From the NCBI GenBank assembly GCA_036846345.1, contig DAIUCD010000001.1:330363-394362 (forward strand): DNA of 64,000 nucleotides, in the 5' to 3' direction. The position numbers were made by a program, and so were the translations under genes. This stretch comes from Spirochaetota bacterium (GTDB taxonomy: Bacteria > Spirochaetota > UBA4802 > JAGODF01). Positions 46,231 through 55,632 of this stretch are shown one piece after another. Position 1 is the stretch's first letter; every line of letters begins with the position of its first letter. The notes beneath the pieces were generated by a model that was given only the letters and a program-made list of their open reading frames with translations, was not told where the DNA came from and ran no database searches.

Positions 46231-47480
46231 TGAGAGAACCTGAGAAACCCCTGCACCTCTTTGAGGGGTACGGGGTTGAGCTGGAATACATGATCGTTCA
46301 TGCTGACACCCTCAGGGTGATGCCTGTTGCCGATGAGGTACTTAAAGCTGAGGCTGGAATCATCACTAACGATGTGGAACGGGGGAGCATGGCCTGGTCC
46401 AATGAGCTGGTGCTGCATGTAATGGAGCTGAAGACCAACGGCCCCGCAGAGAATCTAAAATCCCTCCCGGAAAATTTTCTTGGAGAAATCCGATACATCA
46501 ACGGTCTGCTCAAAGCCTTTGACGGCATGCTGCTTCCGGGGGGGATGCATCCCCTGATGGACCCGCTCCAGGAAACACGTCTGTGGCCCCATGCAAATAG
46601 TGAGATCTATGAGAGTTATGACCGAATCTTCGGCTGTCGGGGTCATGGCTGGGCCAACCTGCAAAGTGTCCATCTAAACCTCCCCTTCTGCGGGGATGAG
46701 GAATTCGGAAAACTACATGCCGCCCTCCGAGTTATCCTCCCCATCCTGCCAGGACTGGCGGCCAGCACGCCGCTCATGGAGGGCCGTAAAGCCGGTTTCA
46801 TGGACACGCGGCTGGAGGTCTACCGGCTCAATCAGAAAAAAATCCCGGTGATAACAGGAGAGGTGATCCCTGAGGCGGTCTATACCAGGCGGGATTATGA
46901 GCGCTCGGTTTTAGAACCCATTGCCAGCGGCATTCAACCCTTTGATACTGAGGGAATCCTTGAAGCGGAATGGCTCAATTCTCGTGGGGCCATAGCACGT
47001 TTTGACCGGAACACCATCGAAATCCGGCTGATGGATATTCAGGAATGTCCTCTGGCAGACCTGGCGGTCATTACTGCGGTAGTGGCAGCGGCCAGGGCCC
47101 TGGTTTCAGGGCGATGGGTGGATATCCACTTACTTCAGCAGCAGTCCACTCGGGACTTGAAGCAGATTCTCCTCCAGGTCCTTAAGGAGGGGGAGGAGGC
47201 CCTCATTAAGGATAGGAACTATCTGAGGATGTTCGGACTTGAGGGCGAAAGAAGTCTCTCATGCAGGGACCTATGGGAACATCTGATCGGGGCACTCTTG
47301 ACGGATACAAGCGAAACGGACAGGGGTATCCTCAATGCCCTGAAGACTATTCTCCGTGAGGGCACGCTGGCGCGTAGAATTCTGCGTTCACTGGGGGATT
47401 CCTTCGGGACTCGGGATATCCATAGAGTTTATCGGCAGATGGGAGATTGCCTTAATCGGGGGGAGATGTTCGTTGGCTAA
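46230..47480 (+). CDS. Glutamate-cysteine ligase family 2 (GCS2/YbdK-like) carboxylate-amine ligase
   Basis: YGVELEYMIV, NELVLHVMELKT, GGMHP, SVHLNL, IEIRLMD. TGATG overlap with the upstream gene. Confidence 0.88.
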   Translation: MREPEKPLHLFEGYGVELEYMIVHADTLRVMPVADEVLKAEAGIITNDVERGSMAWSNELVLHVMELKTNGPAENLKSLPENFLGEIRYINGLLKAFDGMLLPGGMHPLMDPLQETRLWPHANSEIYESYDRIFGCRGHGWANLQSVHLNLPFCGDEEFGKLHAALRVILPILPGLAASTPLMEGRKAGFMDTRLEVYRLNQKKIPVITGEVIPEAVYTRRDYERSVLEPIASGIQPFDTEGILEAEWLNSRGAIARFDRNTIEIRLMDIQECPLADLAVITAVVAAARALVSGRWVDIHLLQQQSTRDLKQILLQVLKEGEEALIKDRNYLRMFGLEGERSLSCRDLWEHLIGALLTDTSETDRGILNALKTILREGTLARRILRSLGDSFGTRDIHRVYRQMGDCLNRGEMFVG

Positions 47481-48174
47481 GAAGGCTGGGCTGCTGATCA
47501 CCTGCGAACATGCTACAAACCATCTGCCTGGGGAATACTGTTTCCTCTTCCCGGACCTCTCTGTTCTGTCCACTCACAAGGGGTATGATCCGGGGGCCTT
47601 ATCAGCGGCGGAAGCTTTTGCCCGGTCACTGAGGGTACCGCTGATCTCTTCAGAGGTGACCCGCCTCCTTCTGGATCTCAACCGATCCCTGCACAACCGC
47701 ACACTCTTCAGTGTTTATTCCCGAGGGCTGACCAGGGAAAAACGGTCGGCACTTCTAGATCGGTATTATCATCCCTACAGAGCGAGGGTACTGGAAGAGA
47801 TGAACAAGATCCAGAATGAGGGACGGCCTGTCCTGCATCTTTCCGTTCACAGCTTTACTCCGGTTCTGGGCGGGGAGGTGAGAACGGCTGATCTGGGGCT
47901 TCTCTACGATCCCGCCAGGGAGTCTGAGAAGATCCTATGTCTCCGGTGGCAGTCTGAACTGAAAATACTTAACCCCCTTCTTCGAATACGAAGGAACTAC
48001 CCCTACAGGGGCCGGTCTGACGGCCTGACTGCATATTTCAGGAAAAGCTTTCATCAAAAAGAATACCAGGGGGTTGAGCTGGAGATCAACCAGTCACTTC
48101 TGGGAGACCAAAATCATTTTCCGGAGGAGATAAAGGGAATACTCATCCGCACACTGGAAAATCTTTTAAAATAA
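47473..48174 (+). CDS. N-formylglutamate amidohydrolase-like protein
   Basis: TTG start with GGGGAG SD; ITCEHA, GYDPGA, TRLLLDLNR, YYHPY, SVHSFTP, ELEINQ. Confidence 0.88.
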   Translation: MAKKAGLLITCEHATNHLPGEYCFLFPDLSVLSTHKGYDPGALSAAEAFARSLRVPLISSEVTRLLLDLNRSLHNRTLFSVYSRGLTREKRSALLDRYYHPYRARVLEEMNKIQNEGRPVLHLSVHSFTPVLGGEVRTADLGLLYDPARESEKILCLRWQSELKILNPLLRIRRNYPYRGRSDGLTAYFRKSFHQKEYQGVELEINQSLLGDQNHFPEEIKGILIRTLENLLK

Positions 48175-48204
48175 TCAAACGGAAATGGCAATCGATATTT
48201 TTTC

Positions 48205-48251
48205 TTGACAAAAGGGGACCCCCGGCAGATGATACCAGTTAACGTAAACTG
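48205..48251 (+). promoter_or_regulatory. Promoter TTGACA-N17-GATGAT plus palindromic operator CAGTTAACGTAAACTG
   Basis: -35 at 48205-48210; -10 at 48228-48233; near-perfect palindrome at 48236-48251 over the expected start site. Confidence 0.6.
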
Positions 48252-48343
48252 TAATCAAATATTTTTATATGTATATTTATTGCTGAGGCCAAACCGGAAG
48301 ACTCGACGGTCGCAGTCTCGGCAGAGAACAAGGAGGATAGAAA

Positions 48344-49981
48344 ATGAGCGAATTCAGAGAGATTACGATTGGTGGCCTGTTGAGGGAAACGGCCGCTAAA
48401 ATACCGGCCCATGAGGCCCTTGTATGCCCTGAATTTGATGTGAGAATGAACTACCAGGAATTTCTGGGTCATTGCGTAAAAGTGGCCAAGGGCTTTATGG
48501 CCCTGGGAATCAACAAAGGAGACCACGTCTCGGTATGGACAACCAATTTGCCGGAATGGGTGTACATGCAGTTCGGCCTCAGCATGATCGGCGCGGTGCT
48601 GGTTACGGTCAATACCAATTATAAATCCCACGAGCTGGAGTATATTCTGAAACAGTCGGACTCCACGACGCTGGTTCATATGCATGAGCACCGGGACACA
48701 AATTTCTACAATACGGTGTGTGAAGTCATCCCCGAGTTGAAGAATTCCAGGCCCGGTGATCTGAAAACGACAAAACTTCCCAGTCTGAAAAATGTGGTCT
48801 ACATAGGCAAGAGCAAGGATACTCCCGGCATGTTTGCCTTCGCGGATGTCGTGGCACTGGGTGATAAAATCTCAGACGGGGACCTGGCAGCGAGGGAAAA
48901 ATCCCTGAGTGTTCATGATCCAATCAACATGCAGTATACTTCGGGAACGACAGGATTTCCCAAGGGGGTCATGCTGACGCATTACAACATCGTCAATAAC
49001 GCCAGGATGGTGGGTGATGTCATGGGGATGACGGACAAGGATAAGCTCCTCATACAGGTGCCACTCTTCCACTGCTTCGGCTGCGTTATGAGTACGCTCA
49101 ACTCCGTGTATCATGGTTCCACCATGATCGTTCTGGAGGCTTTCGATCCTTTGAAGGCGCTTCAGGCTATCGACAAGGAAAAATGCACAGCCATCAATGG
49201 TGTGCCGACCATGTTCATCGCCATGCTGAATCATCCCGATTTCAGCAAATACGATACCAAATCCCTTCGGACCGGTATCATGGCCGGGGCCCCCTGTCCT
49301 GTGGAGGTCATGAACGAAGTGAGGGAAAAGATGCACTGTTCCGAGGTGGTCATCGCCTTCGGGCAGACGGAATGCTCACCCGTTATGACCATGACGCGGC
49401 GGGATGATCCGGTGGAATTGCGCGTTTCCACCGTGGGGAGGCTGCTCCCGGACATCGAAGGAAAGATTGTGGACCCGGATACCAACGAGGATGTGCCCGT
49501 TAACGTTCAGGGGGAGATCGTTACCCGGAGTTCCTGCGTGATGAAGGGGTATTACAAGATGCCGGAGGAAACCGCCAAGGCCATCGACAAGGATGGCTGG
49601 CTCCATACGGGCGACCTGGGGACTGTGGATGAAAACGGTTATTTCAAGGTGACCGGCCGGATCAAGGACATGATCATCCGCGGCGGGGAGAATATCTACC
49701 CCAGGGAGATCGAGGAATTCCTTCACAAAAATCCCAAGATCAATGACGTTCACGTCGTGGGCATCCCCGATAAGAAGTACGGGGAGCAGGTTCTTGCCGC
49801 CATTCAGCTTAAGGAAGGGGAAAAGTCCAGCGCTGAGGAGATGGTGGAATACTGTACGGGAAAAATCGCCCGGCATAAGATACCCCGCTACTGGGAGTTT
49901 GTGGCCGCCTATCCCATGACAGCCAGCGGAAAGGTACAGAAGTTCAAGCTCCGGGAGATGTTCGCTTCTAAGTATCAGTAA
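48344..49981 (+). CDS. AMP-binding acyl-CoA synthetase
   Basis: QYTSGTTGFPKG, PLFHCFG, FGQTE, GWLHTGDLG, GRIKDMIIRGGENIYP, TASGKVQKF. Confidence 0.95.
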   Translation: MSEFREITIGGLLRETAAKIPAHEALVCPEFDVRMNYQEFLGHCVKVAKGFMALGINKGDHVSVWTTNLPEWVYMQFGLSMIGAVLVTVNTNYKSHELEYILKQSDSTTLVHMHEHRDTNFYNTVCEVIPELKNSRPGDLKTTKLPSLKNVVYIGKSKDTPGMFAFADVVALGDKISDGDLAAREKSLSVHDPINMQYTSGTTGFPKGVMLTHYNIVNNARMVGDVMGMTDKDKLLIQVPLFHCFGCVMSTLNSVYHGSTMIVLEAFDPLKALQAIDKEKCTAINGVPTMFIAMLNHPDFSKYDTKSLRTGIMAGAPCPVEVMNEVREKMHCSEVVIAFGQTECSPVMTMTRRDDPVELRVSTVGRLLPDIEGKIVDPDTNEDVPVNVQGEIVTRSSCVMKGYYKMPEETAKAIDKDGWLHTGDLGTVDENGYFKVTGRIKDMIIRGGENIYPREIEEFLHKNPKINDVHVVGIPDKKYGEQVLAAIQLKEGEKSSAEEMVEYCTGKIARHKIPRYWEFVAAYPMTASGKVQKFKLREMFASKYQ

Positions 49982-50018
49982 TGGACAAGCAGCAATGATC
50001 GAACGTCAGGTACGATAG

Positions 50019-50423
50019 ATGGGCAAGAGCCGGGAATACGAGGAGGATCAGTTCATCTCCATCGGTGAGGTGGCAAAGACCGTCGAGATGAGCCTGCGGA
50101 CCATCCGTTATTATGAGGAGATTGGACTGCTCAACTCCGTCAAGCGTATTGAGGGTGGAAAGCGCGTCTATACCATGGAGGATGTGCGCCGATTGAAACT
50201 CATCAAGCGCCTCAAGATATTAGGACTTTCCCTTTCGGACATGGAGGAACTGGAGGATATCTGGTCCATACAGAAGTCCAACGATATCGTTCTGAATCGC
50301 CTTCTGGAGATACTGGACCGGCATCTGAAAAAGCTGGACGAAAGAATACGGGACCTGGAGATACTTCGAAACGAGATAACCGAGTATAAGAGCCGGATCA
50401 GGAAAAAGCTGAAATCCGTGTAA
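50019..50423 (+). CDS. MerR-family regulator (LiuR-like)
   Basis: SIGEVA......LRTIRYYEEIGLL, GKRVYT..D..RLKLIKRLK.LGLSL. Confidence 0.92.
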   Translation: MGKSREYEEDQFISIGEVAKTVEMSLRTIRYYEEIGLLNSVKRIEGGKRVYTMEDVRRLKLIKRLKILGLSLSDMEELEDIWSIQKSNDIVLNRLLEILDRHLKKLDERIRDLEILRNEITEYKSRIRKKLKSV

Positions 50424-50437
50424 TACTGCCATCGCTT

Positions 50438-50470
50438 GAAAAGCCCCTTAGAGAAGGGGCTTCCTTTTTC
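50438..50470. terminator. Terminator between convergent MerR and amidase genes
   Basis: AAGCCCCTT-AGAG-AAGGGGCTT followed by CCTTTTTC. Confidence 0.7.
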
Positions 50471-51848
50471 AGGGTCTGTAGTTCTTGAGAGAGGGATCAT
50501 AGATAGGAGCTATCTCCTTTCCGAGATGGTTGACCGGGAAACGGTATCCTCTCAGTCGGGAAGGCACCTTTTTGGCATAGGAGCTCTCGGGGTAGAAATG
50601 ATAGATCCGGGACAGATAGTAGTCGGAAGCGGCCTTGTCATTGAGTGTTCTGTATCCCCGGGAAAGAAACCAGTGTATCATCGGGGCCCGAGGGTCGGTG
50701 CGTCCCAGGGACAGGGCGGATTGGAGCAGCAGCAGACCCTGGCGTACGGTCTTTTTCTTTTTAATGAGTTTCTGTCCTCTCAGGATCATCCCGGCGTAAT
50801 CACCGGTCCGAATGTCCCGTGTAAAGACAGAGTAATAATAGGGACTGCTCTGATGACGGGCATTGACGACCCTGAAGCGAAGGGTATGAACGCCGGGAGG
50901 GAGTGTGGGGCCGTAATCGACCTGATAGAGGCCTGGGGAGAGTTTTCGGCAGGGAAACGGTATTTCGTCCAGGGAGGCCTCGATGGTTAGGAAATTATAG
51001 GATTCCGGCTCCATTCCGGTGTGAATGCGGAGGGCCAGGAGGGGTGATTCTTCAGCAAGGTGGTTTTTCTGGAAGCTCTCCCTTTTTATGGGTGAGGATA
51101 TCAGCACCTTGCCTGCCGGGACACCTCTTCGGAAATACTCTGCGATGGCCAGAAAGTAAGCCTCCGCCTCTCTCTGGTTATACTGCAGATCCTTAAGATG
51201 CAGTGTGTGCCGCTCGTCGGAAAAGAAACCGCCCTCCCCGATAAGGCCGGGACAAAGATTGCGAGTCTCCCTGAGAAGCTGTGTGCCTGTTTCCGTAAAT
51301 ACGGCCAGGTCCGATGTGACGTGCCCCCGCTCGTCCATGATTCTGTGAAATTCACCAAGAAGTAAAGAGGCCAAATCATAGCTTGCGGGATTGACCTCCC
51401 TGCTGCCCCAGATGAGGACCATGGGGTAATTTACCCTCTCGACTCTGCGGGCCGATCCGTTATGGTGAATGCTGATCAACAGATCAGGTTTAAAAAGCTG
51501 GGCTAGTTTGACCCGATCAGCCAGGGGCACATTTACGTCCTTGACCCGGGTGCACATCACCTTGACGCCGGCCCGGGTGAGCATGTCTGACAGATAGAGG
51601 GCTACACGCAGGTTGACCTCCTCCTCGCAGAGGCTTTCAGGACCGGTCCGGAAGCTATCCTCCCTGCAGCTTCCGCCATGACCCGCGTCCAGGAGAACTT
51701 TCTTTCCCTTGAGGAAAGGGGATCTCTCCAGAGAAACATCACCGGTATATTTATAACTGTTCTTTCTGCAGTTCAGGGACACCGTTAGTATGAGAAGCGA
51801 TAGACATACAAAGGCTTTACAGGGCATACCTTCCCTCCGCTCAGGCAA
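50469..51848 (-). CDS. N-acetylmuramoyl-L-alanine amidase (Amidase_3), probable lipoprotein
   Basis: Lipobox-like SLNC; LDAGHGG, EEEVNL, LADRV..A, ISIHHN, GEGGF. Confidence 0.9.
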   Translation of the reverse strand: MPERREGMPCKAFVCLSLLILTVSLNCRKNSYKYTGDVSLERSPFLKGKKVLLDAGHGGSCREDSFRTGPESLCEEEVNLRVALYLSDMLTRAGVKVMCTRVKDVNVPLADRVKLAQLFKPDLLISIHHNGSARRVERVNYPMVLIWGSREVNPASYDLASLLLGEFHRIMDERGHVTSDLAVFTETGTQLLRETRNLCPGLIGEGGFFSDERHTLHLKDLQYNQREAEAYFLAIAEYFRRGVPAGKVLISSPIKRESFQKNHLAEESPLLALRIHTGMEPESYNFLTIEASLDEIPFPCRKLSPGLYQVDYGPTLPPGVHTLRFRVVNARHQSSPYYYSVFTRDIRTGDYAGMILRGQKLIKKKKTVRQGLLLLQSALSLGRTDPRAPMIHWFLSRGYRTLNDKAASDYYLSRIYHFYPESSYAKKVPSRLRGYRFPVNHLGKEIAPIYDPSLKNYRP

Positions 51849-52593
51849 TTTTCATGGGACCGTCAGCGCGCCCCTCGATGAACTGCCGTATCAGAGCGTT
51901 GTCGGTTTGGCGCAGTTCGTTAGGAGTCCCGCTGAAAATGATCTGGCCATCAAAGAGCATGGCAATTCGGTCAGCGATACGGTAGGCGGATGGCATATCA
52001 TGGGTCACGACGACGGAGGTCATCTGGAAGCTCTCGCGCATCTTTTGAATGAGCCGGTCAATGGCGCCGGCGGTGATGGGGTCCACACCGGTGGTCGGTT
52101 CGTCGTAGAGCATGATACGGGGCTGGACGGCGATGGCCCGGGCCAGCCCGATCCGTTTCTGCATGCCCCCTGAGAGTTCCGAGGGGCGTTTGGATTCAAC
52201 CCCACGGAGGCCAACATGGGCCAGCATGCGGGGAACGGTTTCTTCAATCTCCTCTTCCGTATAGGATTTACGGCGCATGCCGAAGGCGACATTGTCATAG
52301 ATGTTCATGGAGTCGAAAAGGGCCGCTCCCTGAAAGAGATACCCGTACTGGGAGCGGAGGCGGGCCTTTTCGTCGGAGCTGGCGGCGGTAAAGCTGGTCC
52401 CGTCCACATATATTTCACCGGAATCCGGGCTCAGGAGTCCTATCAGATGCTTGAGGATGACGGATTTACCGGTGCCGCTCTTGCCGATCACACAGAGGAT
52501 CTCCCCTTCGAACACAGAAAGATCTACACCGCGGAGTACATGCTTGGCTCCGAAGGATTTTCTTAGGGACTCAATCCGGATCTTTTCGTTCAT
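51841..52593 (-). CDS. mlaF: ABC ATPase, MlaF/Mkl family
   Basis: GKSGTGKS, LFQGAALFDSM, LSGGMQKRIGLARA, LYDEPTTGVDP, VVTHD. Confidence 0.85.
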   Translation of the reverse strand: MNEKIRIESLRKSFGAKHVLRGVDLSVFEGEILCVIGKSGTGKSVILKHLIGLLSPDSGEIYVDGTSFTAASSDEKARLRSQYGYLFQGAALFDSMNIYDNVAFGMRRKSYTEEEIEETVPRMLAHVGLRGVESKRPSELSGGMQKRIGLARAIAVQPRIMLYDEPTTGVDPITAGAIDRLIQKMRESFQMTSVVVTHDMPSAYRIADRIAMLFDGQIIFSGTPNELRQTDNALIRQFIEGRADGPMKIA

Positions 52594-52795
52594 GCCATCA
52601 CCTGATAATACTGGGGATGGTGAGGGGAAAAAGGGTAATGCGCAATGATTTTTTTACTGGTAAACTGTTTTTTTAGTTGAGGGGCATATGCCTAACGGGC
52701 AATAATCGGCAGATGTATTCTCTTCCCGATTAATCCGGAACTCCACCTGATTTGATTCGGAGAGGATGAGCTGAAATGCTCAATTGGAGGTTTTT

Positions 52796-53668
52796 ATGAA
52801 GTTAAGCAATGAGGCGCGGGTGGGTTTGATGGTGACGGTCAGTTTTACCGTGTTCATCGTACTGGTGGGTCTGCTGGCAAAGTTCAATATCTCCCGCTCC
52901 GGTTATCAGCTCAGAGTTTATTTTGGTTTCCTCAACGACCTGCGTAAAGGGGCGCCGGTCAAGATCGCCGGAGGTATCCGGATAGGCCAGGTCGTGGATA
53001 TCAAGCAGAGCGGCGAGAAAACCGAGGTGACTGTCTGGATTGAGAATAAGTACAAGCTGATCAAATCCACGAAGTTTGCCATCTTCACGACAGGGTTGAT
53101 TGGCGAGAAATACATCAACGTATTCGTCCCGCCCTCCATGGATGTGGAGCAGTTTTTTGAGGAGGGAGACAAGGTTTACGGTATTGATCCCCCCAGCTTC
53201 GACCAGATGATGCTCACCTTCCAGGGTTTCCTGGACAAGGAGGGGAGCCAGATCCTGGCAGAGATCTTTCAGAACTCCAACAAGTTCGTGAAAAACCTCA
53301 ACAAGATCACCGAGGAAAACAGGTACGATATCAGCCGGTCCGTTCAGACCATTAAGAACATGATGCTCAACACGGCGCTGCAGTCAAAGCTGCTTCTGAA
53401 TCAGCTGAATCTCTTCTCTAAGAACATGGCCGACCTTTCGGAGAAAAACAAGCAGGATATCACCATCACCCTGAGGAATCTCTCGGAGATCAGCAACAGC
53501 CTCAATAAAATTACCTACAGGATTGAGAACGGCAAAGGCAGTCTCGGAAAGCTTCTGACCGACGAGGAGATCTACAACAATATCAAGGACGCCTCGGTCT
53601 TTGCCAAGGACCTCTTCTATTCCCTTAAACAGGATCCTTCCAAGCTTCTCTTCCGTCAGAAGCAGTAG
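52796..53668 (+). CDS. mlaD: MCE/MlaD-family protein
   Basis: EARVGLMV TM anchor; F..LNDL.KGAPVKIAGGIRIGQV; T.GLIGEKYINV; GKGSLGKLL.DEEIY. Confidence 0.85.
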   Translation: MKLSNEARVGLMVTVSFTVFIVLVGLLAKFNISRSGYQLRVYFGFLNDLRKGAPVKIAGGIRIGQVVDIKQSGEKTEVTVWIENKYKLIKSTKFAIFTTGLIGEKYINVFVPPSMDVEQFFEEGDKVYGIDPPSFDQMMLTFQGFLDKEGSQILAEIFQNSNKFVKNLNKITEENRYDISRSVQTIKNMMLNTALQSKLLLNQLNLFSKNMADLSEKNKQDITITLRNLSEISNSLNKITYRIENGKGSLGKLLTDEEIYNNIKDASVFAKDLFYSLKQDPSKLLFRQKQ

Positions 53669-53682
53669 CGGGGCGGCGATCA

Positions 53683-55017
53683 GTGGCTAAGAAGGGGAAT
53701 ACCTTTCTCTGTGTTTCCTGCAACGAGGAATTTACCCGGTGGCTGGGACGATGCACGGCGTGCGGGGAATGGAACACGCTAGTGGAGGTGGAGAATCCCT
53801 CTGAAAAGAGGAAGGTCGGTCCTTTACCGGATGCCCGTCCCCTTTCCGTTGTAACTGCTGAGGTTCTTTCGAGAATACCCACCGGACTGGAGGAATTTGA
53901 TCTCGTCTGTGGGGGGGGAATGGTTCCGGGTTCCGTCCTTCTCATCGGAGGAGAACCGGGGGTTGGAAAATCCACCCTGGCGCTGCAGATTGCCAACTCC
54001 TTCCGGATGCTCTACTTTTCCGGAGAGGAATCCCCGCTGCAGATTCGCTACAGGGCTGACCGCCTGAAGGTGGATACTACCAAAATCAAGGTATCTCCCG
54101 GGACCATGGTGGAAGAAATACTGGCCCTGATTGACCGGGAGAAGCCGCAATGCATAATCATCGACAGCATTCAGACACTCTATTCCAGTGAAGTGGCGGG
54201 TAGTGCCGGGTCTGTGGGGCAGATCAGGGAATCCGCCACACGCCTGGTGGAGATGGCCAAGCGCAGCTCCATTCCCGTTATACTGATCGGCCATATCACC
54301 AAGGAGGGGAGCATTGCGGGACCCAAGATCCTGGAGCATCTCGTGGATACGGTTCTCTATTTCGAAGGGGACTTTTCACGGGATTACAGGATTTTGCGGG
54401 CCTTTAAAAACCGGTTCGGATCGGTCAATGAGATCGGTCTATTCCGTATGACCGACCGGGGTCTGGAAACCGTGAAGGATAAAAACAGCGTTTTCCTCCA
54501 TTCCTGTGGCAAGTCCGCTCCGGGAAGCGCTGTATCTGCGGCCCTGGAGGGGAGCAGAACGATCCTGTTCGAAGTGCAGTCCCTGGTGACCTTTTCGAGT
54601 TTTTCCAATCCCCGCCGCATGGCGGATGGATTGGATTTTAATCGCCTGATCCTGATCCTGGCTGTGCTGGAAAAGCATGCCCTGCTGAAGTTCAGCGGTT
54701 TCGACGTATTCATCAACGTGGCGGGCGGGTTTCAGATCAATGAAACGGCTGCCGATCTTGCCGTTGCCATGGCCGCTGTCTCGAGTCTTAAGGATCGGAC
54801 GATTTCCCCCGATACCGGCCTTCTGGGGGAGATATCCCTGTCCGGTGAGATCCGGCCGGTTTCCCAGTGCACCAAACGTGTTCTTGAGCTGGGTCGGGGG
54901 GGGTTCAAGACGGTCCTGCTCCCGCGGCATAATCTTGCGGAAGCAGAGCAGTGCGAGAGTTCTCTGGAGTTCGTAGGAGTTGAGACGGTATCCCAGGCTA
55001 TGGATTATCTGTTTTAG
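53683..55017 (+). CDS. radA: DNA repair protein RadA/Sms
   Basis: C4 zinc finger CVSC..WLGRCTACGEWNT; GGEPGVGKST; IDSIQT; GHITKEG; GPKILEH; KNRFG. Confidence 0.97.
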   Translation: MAKKGNTFLCVSCNEEFTRWLGRCTACGEWNTLVEVENPSEKRKVGPLPDARPLSVVTAEVLSRIPTGLEEFDLVCGGGMVPGSVLLIGGEPGVGKSTLALQIANSFRMLYFSGEESPLQIRYRADRLKVDTTKIKVSPGTMVEEILALIDREKPQCIIIDSIQTLYSSEVAGSAGSVGQIRESATRLVEMAKRSSIPVILIGHITKEGSIAGPKILEHLVDTVLYFEGDFSRDYRILRAFKNRFGSVNEIGLFRMTDRGLETVKDKNSVFLHSCGKSAPGSAVSAALEGSRTILFEVQSLVTFSSFSNPRRMADGLDFNRLILILAVLEKHALLKFSGFDVFINVAGGFQINETAADLAVAMAAVSSLKDRTISPDTGLLGEISLSGEIRPVSQCTKRVLELGRGGFKTVLLPRHNLAEAEQCESSLEFVGVETVSQAMDYLF

Positions 55018-55630
55018 TCTCCATGCCTTTAAACAGCATGTCCAGCGTGATGGTGAGGACTCCTCTGACTGCCATCTGATCAGAGAAGCGCTTCCCGATC
55101 TTCTGTATGATGATGAGGAAGAGATGGTCGGCATCGGTCAGGAGTTTGAGCTGCCGCACCTGTCTTAAGGGGTTTCGGCATTTTCGCGGATTTTCCAGGG
55201 AGTGATATGTGCGGCAGGCCAGGGGACGGGCCTGGTATATCAGGCAAGACCCCTTTTCCAGGAACGGGCAAGGGGTCTTTTTTGCAAACCAGAGGGAGTA
55301 CTCCTCGGGATTCTTTGCGCAGTCCTGGGAAAAAATGAACTTCTGAATTTTCTCCGAGTGGGCGGAAATGCGGGATTTTAATTCAGCTGCCCTCTTGGAA
55401 AGGTTCTGCTCAATGAATTCGATTATACCCACTGCCTCGATCCGGGAGCAGAGAACAATGCGGCAGCAGCAGGCATCGCACCCCTTATGACAGCTTATCT
55501 TCTTTTCAGCTTCCTCGAGAATGCCCGAAAGCGGTTGATAGACGCAATAATCCAGAAGGGCATAGGCCGACTGGAAGCGGCTGAAAGCCTCATCAATCCT
55601 TTGTTCGAAGACTGTATTGAGGTCGTCCAT
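54998..55630 (-). CDS. YkgJ/UPF0153 cysteine-cluster (CxxxCxxCC) protein
   Basis: SCHKGCDACC, CPFL...CLIYQARPLACR. Confidence 0.88.
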   Translation of the reverse strand: MDDLNTVFEQRIDEAFSRFQSAYALLDYCVYQPLSGILEEAEKKISCHKGCDACCCRIVLCSRIEAVGIIEFIEQNLSKRAAELKSRISAHSEKIQKFIFSQDCAKNPEEYSLWFAKKTPCPFLEKGSCLIYQARPLACRTYHSLENPRKCRNPLRQVRQLKLLTDADHLFLIIIQKIGKRFSDQMAVRGVLTITLDMLFKGMETKTDNP

Positions 55631-55632
55631 AA

